From assembly GCA_034780895.1 (NCBI GenBank), contig JAUZTB010000087.1, positions 44,753,795-44,817,794 of the forward strand: a stretch of DNA of 64,000 nt, read 5' to 3'. The stretch is from Rhynchobatus australiae (lineage: Eukaryota). The notes below the pieces were generated by a model. It searched no databases and was not told the DNA's origin. It saw nothing but the letters and a program-made list of their open reading frames with translations. Position numbers and translations under genes: made by a program. Position 1 is the stretch's first letter, and every line of letters begins with the position of its first letter. Below are positions 26,001 to 38,000 of the stretch, piece by piece.

Positions 26001-29000
26001 TTAGGCCCACTGAGTTCACGCAGACCATCAACCACCCACTTGCACTAATCCTACATCAATCCTTTTCTTTCATTCTATCGACTTCACTTTGGATTCTACT
26101 ATTCACTTGCACTCTAAAGCAGTTTACAGCAGCCAGTTAACTGAGCAACCTACACATCTTTTGGGTTGTGTGAGGAAATGGGAGCACCCAGTGGGAACTA
26201 TGTTCACAAGAAGAACATAAACTCCACACAGACAGCTGAAGTCTGGATTGAACTGAGGCAGTGGCCATACATAGTGATATATGAAACGCTAAGGAGAAAA
26301 TGCCAGGTTCAACTGAAATATCCCAGGATATCAGAGGAAAGTAGCCATGGTCTGGGCAATTTTCCAATCCTCTGATGCTGTGTAGCAGTGTTGGAGTGCT
26401 AATGTATAGCATTTTATAAAATGCCAACTATAGGCTACTTGGGCTGACCTTGTGGCAGACAAGTAATTGTGCAGGGTGGGGAAGGGGGTAATTCTGAGGT
26501 CCAACATGACTCAAATCTAAGGGCTATGATTAAGAAGTATACAGATCCAAAAATTGCACACGTGGTTGATGAAAAGTTGCTGAAGAGGTGGAAAGACTGG
26601 GGAGCTGAACAGAAAAGTGGAACATGAACTTCAATCCAAAGAAATGGGAAGTAATGCACTTGAGAGCAAATGAGCCACTGGAACTTGATGACTGCTATGA
26701 CTAAAGTTCAAAACAATTATTTCATTAACTGAAATTCACCTAGGACAAGTCCTTCAGTACATCTGTTTTATTTTTGTTTTAACATGTGTTTTTTAACACT
26801 GAGTGAGGTGCTACCACAATCTTAACTATCTTATAAATATTTGTCCTGATTTTTGTGGTATTAAGTAAACAAATTTTGTAAATTTGTGTGATCTATATCA
26901 TTGAACAGTATTAAATTGGTCTTTTGATTTTTCACTTTATCAAAATGCATTTTGAAACCTAATCAACACAGTGAATGCTACAATATATTTTTAATAAAGT
27001 TGGAAAAAATTTGCTGGGCAAAATATTAACTTCAGAACTTCTTAGCAACTGATTTGCTGTTGGGCAGATGCTCATTCTTGTCTATTCTCAGATGGGTTCC
27101 ATTCTTTCACTTGAAGCTGGTGAGCTTCAAGTTTCCTGAAATATTATTTCTATTTCTTGGCATTAGTAAGACCTGATCCTGTGTAATTTGTATTGATCAC
27201 TTCATTAGATCAGCAACTCTGACCCAAATAATTATAGATGTAGACTACATTGCTTTTTGAGATAATTTGATGCTTACCGCATTGCCTTCCCCTATTACAG
27301 GGCACTGAAACTGGGTTACTTGACACAAGAGATGATTGATGGCTTGGAACCTGCACTGATGTTCACCATTCCCCGCCTTGCTATCATTTGGTAAGTCTGA
27401 CGCTAACACCGGAGCTGTGTAGTGTTTTCGTGGGGGGACTCTGGCCTGGTGGTAGTGGTCCATTTCTGTAAATGGAGACCGATCTGCAACCAGTGTTGCA
27501 TTCAACTAGCCAGTTGAACATCTGCTTGCTAGCTGACATCTGATTTTTGAGAAATAAAAATGTCCAGAGATGTAAGTGGTCAGTATTACTGATTGTGGTA
27601 TAATGTTACTTCAGCACACTACCCTGCCTCCCAAAATTCATTGCACATGTTAAATTTAATGCATTGATGGTGCTACAGTCATGTTTTGGCAGTACTGACC
27701 AGTCATAAATGTCTTCACGTTTTAAGCCATTTGCCACTTTGAAACCAAAGTGGTGCCAACTGCTCCAATCTGTTTAATGGCATCCAGAGCAATTTTTTTC
27801 TTTCCAGTGGGCTGATGATCTACCCAGAAGGACCTCTCAACCTAGAGCAGCAACCAGATAACATGTCCANNNTTTTTAAACCTTTCTACGCCCTCTTGCA
27901 AAAAATAAGGTAAGGATTGAGACATAGCACATAAAATGAGTACACTTGATTTGTTGCATGATGCACTAATGACACTTTGTCATGTTTCCCCACATGCCAA
28001 ATTTCATTAACATGAAAGTTCTCATGGTTAACACAAGTGGGCATAATTTTAAGGTGATTAGAGGAAGGTATGGGTGGGGGGAGATGTTAGAGAAGGTTTT
28101 TTTTTGCACAGTGGTGGGTGCATGGAATGCACTGCCAGCAGAGGTTGAGGGCAGATACATAAGGGGCACAACATAGTGGGCTGAAGGGCCTGTACTGTGC
28201 TGTAATGTTCTGTTCTTGGGCTGTATTGGAAGTGCACTACACAAAACTTGGCATCCGGGACCAATTAGAGAGGGAGAGCATGGTCGAGGGTTAGAGCCTG
28301 CAGTTGGGTCACCAAGCAAAATGAGTGGCTGCAGCCTGGTGGAGGAAGTATCTGTGAAGAGGGTTAGCGTCTAGGGATAAAGGTGTGTTAATCTCAAGGT
28401 GTTGAGGCCTGGAACTTGTAAAGGGGAGGGGTTGGCATCTTTCTGCAGTAGGGAGAGAATACTCAAAGGATCTCTACTGAGCAACAGAAGTGAGTTGACT
28501 ATTGGCACTTGGGAGCTTGTGGGAAGATGCTTGCTGCTCTGCTGTCATGCATCGCAGTATAGGAATGGTGGTCAATGTACTTGTAAGCCAAAGTGATCTT
28601 GCCCATTTCATGCCACCCCCCTTCAATCTTGTTAAACTTTCAATTGCTGATCAAGTGCTTGGACCACTTTGATCTCTTGTTGGTTCTAACTACAGTTGAG
28701 TCTCTGTAGACTCACTTTCCCCTGGGGATGGGGAATTGTGTACAGAACCAGACTGGAAGCAAGTCATCCTCAACCCAAAGTGAAGAGGCTGCCTTGTATT
28801 TCGTATAATGTTTACCACACAATCTAGCTTGAAATTTCCTAAATTTAGTTGCACCATTTCTTTGATTAAAGCTGCAGGGAAGCAATTCCACACATGGCTT
28901 ATGAATAACCTTATGTCATTTTACTTTGATTCCTTCTTCCTTTGTTATTCATTGTCTGTGAAGTGTATGAATTTGTGGTTGTCCAAAATGTACCAGTACA

Positions 29001-32000
29001 TACAAACTATTGTCTGATCTATTTTTCTCCTGACATGACCAATAGATGTTCAGATGTCTAAAATGGGTAAATATCTTGCAATATACAAGTCTTTTAACTG
29101 ACAAGGAGGTAGATGTAGTTGAGTTTGAACAGAAGAGACATTGGAAAAACAAGGAAATGCAAATTTAAGATAAAATGTGAGGTCTATTTTTATCTACCAA
29201 AAATAGACCATAAATTTGTAATATGCATTTGAAGTAAAAAAAATTGTTCCATTTGTAAGCTTTCATGATAAGAACAATTTTTCCTTACCATAGTTTTTCT
29301 ATATGCAGGTTCTAGCCCTTGGTGTGTAAAGGGGCTTAAATTGTGTTTCATGTATTGAGGCTTTGTGACAAATACACCAAGCTTGAGTGGATATAGTCCT
29401 GGACCTAGGAATGCCTGTCACAATGTTCCATCATGGACAGTCCCTGGCACTGAAACTAGAAAGTTTCAGGCAAACTAAAAGGGTTTGTTTTGTACCATGT
29501 CAATCACATACCAGCAGCAGGTGATATCTGCCTCCGTGCCATGTAAAGATCTTGTAGAGCACAGAGCCCTGTGTTGGGCAGCTACTCAGGATGAACAACT
29601 ACTAAGCTACNNNNNNNNNNGTATCCTTTTCCAGACCCTCCTGGCAAATCCACATTTGAGGAAATTTGGCTGTTAATTGTTAATGATGATTGATTAGTCT
29701 GCTTACTTGCTTTGCAACACTGACTTTGAACCCATCAGTTTAAATGTAGAAATCCTAACTTTAAGTGGAATGTCAATATTCTCTTTGGGAAACTTTTTTC
29801 TTTCTAATTTGGCTCTTGCTACTGAAAATAAGATTTTGTTGAAGATGTTAAAAGTATATTTAATAATCTATAGGTGATTGGGCTTCAATCATGGGACAGA
29901 TTATAAATGGGATCAGATTTATTATCACTGACTTGTATGATGTGAGATTTGTTTGCAGTTGGTCTTTGCAAAGACATAACATTACTAAATTTAAAAAAAA
30001 AGCAAAAAAATAACAAGGTGTTCATGTATCCATTTGGAAACCTGGCATAGGGGAAGAAACTGTTTCTGAAGCTAGAGAAACAAAGGACTACAGATGCTGG
30101 AACCTAGATGAAAAACGCTATGATGCTGGGTCAACTCACAGGCCAGGCAGCATCCGTGGAGAAAAGCAGGTGGTCAATATTTTGGGTCAGGACCCTTCAT
30201 CCTGAAGGGTCCTCGCCCATAACATTGACCGTGTGCTTTTCTCCACAGATTCTGCCTGGCCTGCTGAGTTGACCCAGCATCGCTGTTTCTGGATCATTGT
30301 TTGGGGCTTCAGGCTCTATCTCCTCCCTGATGGTAATAATGAGAAGGCATGTCCTAGATGGTGAGGGTCCTTGGTGATGAATGCTGCTTCCTTGAGGCAC
30401 TACCTTGATGGTGGGGAGGGTTGTGTTTTTCATAATTTCAAGTATTTGATCATGATTTACTGTAAAATGACCAACTTGGCTCAATATTCTACTTATTTTC
30501 TCAGGGACTTGCTTTATGTCCTCACAGAAGAAGAACTCTCTATGTTGGAGAAGAGCCTCTGTGCTGTAGAATCTGAGGATCTCTTCAATGGCCACACAAT
30601 GTTTCCCAATCTTTCATCTCCTCTTCACAACACCACATTGCCTCATGAAATGCTTGATGAACCTACACGTGCTGGTGGTGGTTCACCTATTCGGCATGAC
30701 AGAGAGGAACTCAAACACCAAGCACCTAATGAGCCATATTGCTTCCAGTCTACCTCAAATGCATCCAATTCAGTGGAGCAAACTTCAAATGAAATACAAC
30801 ATCTTTTGGAGGGTTCTACCTTTATACTTGACAGAGATGAAGTGTGGGGGCAAGAGTTTGGATGGATTGTGAATGTCAGCACACAGGAGGATGCACAGAA
30901 TCAAAACAAGATTATCTACACGGATAGTGCCAGGTCATCTTTATCTACTTTTAATGACAGCCTGACTGATTCCAATAGCATGCAGTGCTATTGTGTTGCA
31001 ATAAACCCTCATTCAGGAACTGACCATCCAGAATTCCTTGATGGGCTTGAAACAGCAGGAGTATCCACAATGACTACCATCCAAGCTCCTAATTCTCCAG
31101 ATAAATGCTATGTGCCAACAACTTCTGAACAAGATAATTTTTCTCATTTAAATACTGATTGTCCAGATGAGCGCACTGAAAATCACAAACCAGTGGCTGC
31201 TTCATTTCTTGGAGCAAATCCACAGCAGAACAGCTGTGGCAGAAGTGTCTCAAATGATCTGGTGCCTGAAGAGCTACACACCAATAACAGCAGGTGAGAA
31301 GGTTAGAGACTTGGGACATTGTTCTTGACAGCACTAATGCTGTTTGGAATGAGATGTGTACAGCTCAAAAATGTTTTTTTAGTTTGGGTCAACTTTCTTT
31401 TGATGTGAATAGTTGGATATAACTATAAAATTTTTGTTTCTTTGACTGAACACTCAGCCGCAGTAAAGGAACTTTAAGTTTTCAGTCACAATCTATTTTT
31501 TGTCTGGAATGTGTTTAGGAATTTATTTGGCAAAATGATTTGTTGTCCCCAACTAATGTTAAATGAATGTTCTGTGTTAGATGCTCCCATTTTAGAGGAA
31601 GAAATAAAGAAAGTAATATTTTCAGTTAACTTGGGTAAAGCATCCAGTCCTGACGGATTTACAGTTGAATTTTTAAAATCTTTTTCTGATATTCTTGTTC
31701 CCTGGTTAGCCAAAATTTGTACCAAACCCAAATAGCTGTTTCAGTAATAAAGTGCAAGCTAGACATTGATTCCAGATCTAATCAAGATGTTAACATTTTG
31801 TTTGCAATTGAATATTTCCTTTTAGAGATGGTGGTTGGAGAAAGGNNNNNNNNNNNNNNNNNNNNNNNNNNNNNNNNNNNNNNNNNNNNNNNNNNNNNNN
31901 NNNNNNNNNNNNNNNNNNNNNNNNNNNNNNNNNNNNNNNNNNNNNTTTCCTGAATTTTTGCAATCACTACTGCAAAGCAACAGGAGTGCCTCATGTTTTG

Positions 32001-35000
32001 GTCAGAAGTTCTTTTCATAATCCACCCATGTAACCCACAAGTAGTGTGATTGGTGAATCAGCCACATCTTCCTCCGAATGATCAAATAAAATCCAAATTT
32101 TCCAGCTTCATGGATGAGACTACTACTTATTACATTGAATAAGACCCACCTTGGTTCAATGGTTACTTTGTGATTGAGGCAGACATCAAATTCTGGTTAG
32201 TTAAGACCATTAAATTCTTTTTTGAAAATAAGATGTGACATTTACAAGGGATTGATCACCCATAATGCCACTGGAGAGAATAATACTGGTGATCCCTGCC
32301 CAGTGGGGTGGGGGTTGTGTTCCTACAAAATCCACGTTGCAATTTTCTGTAATGCAAAGCCACCTCATCTGTACACCAAGAAATACAAGTTGAAGCAAAT
32401 GTACTTTTTTGTTAATTTACTTTTTCCCACAAACTTCATGAGGGCAAATTTTATTTCATCTCAATTTTGGTTGGTGATTTGTGAATTCTATATGGGGCAA
32501 GTTGTCATAACTCTAACAGCTGTTTTTGTTGGAGTTGCTTGCACCAGATTTTACTTCATCCTTTAACAAAATGTGGAATAAATTCTACAAGACAATCTAA
32601 TGGTAGTCACTATATTCACCATGTGTACTTTGGCAGATTGTCTGAAGGAGAAAACGAGTTTCGTGTTATGGATTGGAAAATGGAAAGGCAAGCAGTGCAG
32701 GCTGTGAATGCCTTGGTAAGGGAGGAAATAAGATCACGGTACCGGAACAGTGGCGACATGCTTCATCGGCTCTTTGTTTGTATCTCTGGTATGTTGCTCA
32801 AGGCCTCGCTAGGTTTGGGACACTTGTAATGTTTTTTGCTTTGAGTGTGGCACTAGCAATAATGCTTGGTGCATAGTGTATCAAATGTCCGGGTTTTTTT
32901 TCATGCCCCTCTTTCTGCTGACCTCCTGAATGTGGCCATATTTCTGCGGACTGGGTGATAGGCCAACTTCCCCCAGGTTTTCTATGCACTTCCTGTTGAG
33001 GTTGACTGACAGGATCTAAATCCAATAGCCTTGTTGTGTGGTGAAGCTGGGGGACGAGGCTGTGCTTTCCTCATGCTAACAGTGCTGGGCTGGTAAGAGA
33101 AATAGGTTTCCATTCCCACCAAGATGAAAAGAATTCAATAAATCCAGTTACTCAGGGCTAACGCTAAGTAAGTCGGGGCCTGTCATCAAAACAAAGCTGT
33201 TGCATTCTAATTGTACATCCTCTGCCAGGTCTACTCTTTGACTCTGGATTTAATTACTCTTAATTCCCTCAGAGCAGTTGAGGATGAGTAATTAATACTT
33301 TTCTCCATGTGCTGAGAACATTTTGATCAATGCTAATATTTGATTTATTTTTAATTGCAATTGAGTCAAATACCTCAATCATTAGGTGAGGAAAATGTTT
33401 AGCGCACAGCATGAGAATCTGCAATAATATGCAGAGCTAATGCAATGTTTATTTTAAGCAAATATTGAGTAGATCCTGTGAATGTGTTCAGTAGAAAGCA
33501 CTAAGCAAAGGAAACTTGCCCTCCATTATTTGCTTTATTTTGATTAGCTGCCTTTTGAACATCCATGTAGATGCCATTTTAAACTAATAATTTTTGGCTT
33601 TTGACTATCAAAGTGACATAAAAATATTGATGGGAGCACCACAAGAAATGGTTAACCAGAGTTCTAAAACAATGAAATGGAAGGGGAGGTGCTTCAGGCA
33701 CTACAGTAACAATGTAAGGTAGAGGAGGAATATGAGGAAAATATTGCAACAGAAAGGTGGAATCTTTAGTCAAATAAGCATTGTTTTTACATAAGCATGT
33801 TGAGTAGAAGGAACAAATTGAATTTTGCGAATAACTTGAAGCTATATGTAACTACAAACTTGGGAGAAGGGGCAAATGCTTGCATGGGAAAAGTAGCAAT
33901 AGTGATGAAGTATGATCTGATGTCATGAGAGAAGCAAGTAGTGGGAATGTATTTTAGTGGTAATTGTGAGATGGTAGAATATAGAAATAAAAGGTTCACT
34001 AAAGTTGTGCCATTTTAAATGGAGTTTAACTTCCATGTAAATTGGATTAAGCAGACTTGCTCATGAAATGTAGTTGACTAGGGTGGACAAGATTTTTGGT
34101 TTTGCAGCAATATGCCATTAAAATACAAGTAGAAACTATTATTGGTTTGGTATTTTAAGAAAAATTATTTCAGAATCGGTGTGTAAATGTTTATCCAATA
34201 TAATTGAACTTGGTGTGGTGTTGGAGAGGAGGCTTTACTTCTGGTTATTGCTCATGTAATGAAATGCTGCTTGCATATCTGTTTAAATCATAATTGAAAA
34301 GTTGGAGTTCAAAGAAACTTTTACTGTGTGATGTTTTTTAACTCCCAAGTACTAGAGCTGCAAGTGTAAAACATGCATGGATGACTTGAAGTAAAGGGCA
34401 ACAAATCTAAGAAAATGCTTAGGGCAAAAAACAAATACTAATTTTGTTGACTGGGAGGGAGTGGTGAAAAGTAATGATGGGTTATAAGCACCATAATACT
34501 CAGGATATTAAAATAAACACATTCCTCCTGCCCATCTTTTTTCCTTAACATGGGCAAAGTTGACTTGTCAGAAGTGTTTAGTGGTGATATTTGTATACTT
34601 AAAAACAATAAATTGGCAGATGTGCTGAATAATAACTTTGCATCAGTATTTGTGGTGGTGAAGAACATACCAAGAAAACAAATTGTAAAAGGCAGGGACT
34701 TGCAAAAATTTAAAAGGGAATTGCAGATCAATTAACTTTGAGGAATAAAGCAGAAAATGTTAAAGATCTGGCAAAGCCACATTCAGAATTGAGAAAGGTT
34801 GGAACAGCTTTAGAGATGAAGATTTGCAATAAAATGGAAAGAACAGATTAAATGATAGAAAGATTATGTGCTTGATTTGAATAGATACTTGGATATTAGG
34901 TTTCACCATTTTGTTGAATGCAAAAACATGTCTTCCACATAAAGCTAATATCCAATTTGGGTCCCTGTAAAATAAAAATCTCTCAATTAGCCAATTTGTA

Positions 35001-38000
35001 TCATAAATGGTGAGTGCACTGCAGCAGGATCTGTGGTTCCTGAATGGTCAGCAATGAAGGTTTCCCAATTGCCATGCACAGCTATGACAGTCACTGGGCA
35101 TCAGACCTTAAATGAGTGCCCTCCTTGGGAGCCACAGACTGACTGCAAAAAAGGCTGCTGTGTAGTGAGGGGAAATGAGGGAGCAGTGAGCACCCACCCT
35201 CAGTTTATTGCTGACAGTAGCTATATAACATTGCAAAGTTCAGGATGATCAGTGAGGCAATTAGCACACATTCCTCCTGATTCATGATTAATCAGGATTA
35301 TCTGATTTAATCAGGATTAAATGATGATTAGCTCTGACCTGCATTGTATAACAATGCTATAGTTAGTGATGATGCCAGCAGTGAAGTATCATGAGGACCA
35401 AGGCCAGCAGATACATGTAAGACATTGGTATCAGAATAAATTCTTTAATTGCAACTTTCAGTGTTATATGTGCAACAGACATCTAGAGAATATCAGACAT
35501 GTTAAAGTGAATTGAACTCTGAAGGGCCCTGTTACTTTCCCATGACTTCAAGTGCAAATGACAGAAGGCAAGATCTAACCAAAGTTACTGTCTTTGTGCA
35601 TGCAGTTTCTAGGATCAATGTTGCTTGAGTTAATTTTTCACTTGATTAGTGAGATCAAGCATGGATCTGTAATGTTAAGTCAATCCTCACTGCTACTTGT
35701 TTCTGTGGGTAATTTGTTGGATGGGAATGTCAACTGATATTACTTGTGTAGAATCCAGAAGGCCTCCAATAAAATCCCTCAAGACATTGTTAAAGTTAGA
35801 AATGAACTTGAAGGCAATTTGAAGGAGACAATGTAGAGATATTTGCTCAAAATGGTAGGTTGTGTCCAGTATTTCAATTGAAGTTGTGATCACTTGCCAT
35901 ATTTATGACATTGGAACAGAAATGCCCATAAAACTTCATCAGTTTTTTAAAAACCAAGTTGAACGATATTATAAACATGGATGGCAACAAGAGTAAAGAT
36001 ACAATAGGAAGAGTAAATGGACAAAATTGTGTCAAATCGATTTCTACGTAGGCCTATGTGCAGCACCCAATTTACACCTTAAAAAGTAAAAGGAATGGGA
36101 AGGAGAGGTGGTCTAGGACTAGAACTCTAGGGTGTTACATTCACATTAGAGTTGGTAGTTAAGATCCTGAAAGACAAACTAAAAAAACAACTGAAGGACC
36201 CTTTTGTTATCAATGTAGACATAAAAGTATTGGTTTGGCTCTGTTCTCTTGTCATTCACTTATCAGTTATCATTCTGTGGAACAGGTGTAGCGGATCAAC
36301 TACAGACCAACTTTGCAGGAGACCTTCGGCGGATTCTAAAGACTGTCTTTGAGATTGCAACATCAACACCAGAAAAGAATGAGGATGTTATGGAAGAGGA
36401 AGAAGGTATACTAGATTCAATTAGCCCCTTGTGTGGTCTACAACTTCACACAGATTGGAGCCTCTTATAGGATGATTGAGAAGGCTAAGTGCAAACCACA
36501 TGCACTTCACAGCTTAAATCCCAGAGCTTTGAGATACCACTGAGCCCAGGCTGCACATTATTTGAAATGCATTCAATATTTGTATCAAACCTAGTGTTGT
36601 AGGAGAGTGAAAACTTCAAATGTGCCCCACCTGCTAGCTAGAGACAAAATGGGGATGCCCGAAGTGGCCACAAAGATCAAGTCCTAGGCTATCTCCATTA
36701 TCCATTTGTGTAGGAGAAATGCAGTGAGGAAATAATTGAAATGGATATAAAAACCAGAGTAGATTTATAGGGGAAGCAATCACAGAAACCGTTGCCCAGG
36801 TTGCAGAACTTTGCATTAAATCCTACAATACTTTGTACAGTAATTAAAATACAAATATAGAAAGCCTTTGAATAATGCAATTGTGATTTGTTTGCAGAGG
36901 AGGAGAATGTGAATGCAGAGCCCCCCTTGGAAGATTGTGCACTGTGTCAGGAATCCCATTCATCTAGAACTTCCAATTTAAATAGCAGCAAACCAGAAGG
37001 TACAGTAATAGCCATTTTACAAGGTAAACCTACCCCTGGCCTCATAACCATTTGCCATTTAATGGTGGTGATATTGTTTTTGATATTCATATTTTGATTA
37101 CTGGGTGAAACTGAAATTTGGGAATGTATTTGTTACCTTGCTGAAATTGATTGTTCACAATACCTGGGCAATGTGTGGGAGATACTAACATGTTAAGACC
37201 TTATTGACATTATACATGTTCAATCATTCACTGATGTATTTCATGGTGAATGCTACCATTTAACAATGCAGTTTGCACAAATGTTTCTTGGTCTCAAATT
37301 CATTTTTTTCCTTAAGTCAGGTAAAGTGGTTCATTGGAGATTCCTGGAAATTGTTTTTCTCTCCAATACAGTGCCTCCAGAGTGGATTGCTGACTCTGCC
37401 TGCAACCAATGCATGTCTTGTAAAGCACCATTTACAATTATCAGGAGACGGCATCATTGCAGGAATTGTGGCAAGGTACACTATTTGACTTGTAGAATTA
37501 GAATCGTGTATCAGGCTTTGGATACAGGAAAGAGTAACAAATAGTTGTGTTTTGGATTTTAACTTCAGCTAAAGTTCCACAGCATAAAAAGTAGATGTGC
37601 AATTTCAGCCTCAGCACATCCCCCAAAATGTATTGAGCTTGAATCATTTTGCCAACAGCTGGTGGTTTTAAGGGGATGGCTGGCTCACAGCCGATCTATG
37701 TACAATATGTCTTGGGCTGTGTGATGCTGAAACATGGAATGTCCTGAAGGTCAGATGCAACTGAATCTGATCTCCTCGCTCCTCTGCCACACCATGGCTT
37801 ATAAATGATCACTTTCGTTTCATGAGTTAGCAAACTCCTGTGGGTGAAAAGCAAGTATTTGAACTATTTTACTGTAATGTTCTCAATTACTTGTATTTTC
37901 ATTTTTAAAATGTTAATTATGTAAATCTACTTGAATAGTTTTTTAAAAAAAATCTTGGACATTCAAAAGCCTTTTTGATAGCTGGTGATTTGTCAGAAGT

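Noticed and set aside
30371-30504. 5' part of the 308-aa ORF as an independent gene start
   Set aside because: It derives from a Rex-Babar remnant and intron sequence. LST2 homology begins only after the acceptor at 30504.
30810-30845. STFILDRDE as a possible TOS-like mTORC1 docking motif in exon 8
   Set aside because: Poor fit to the F-acidic-hydrophobic-acidic-hydrophobic consensus, and I cannot align this low-complexity region by eye.
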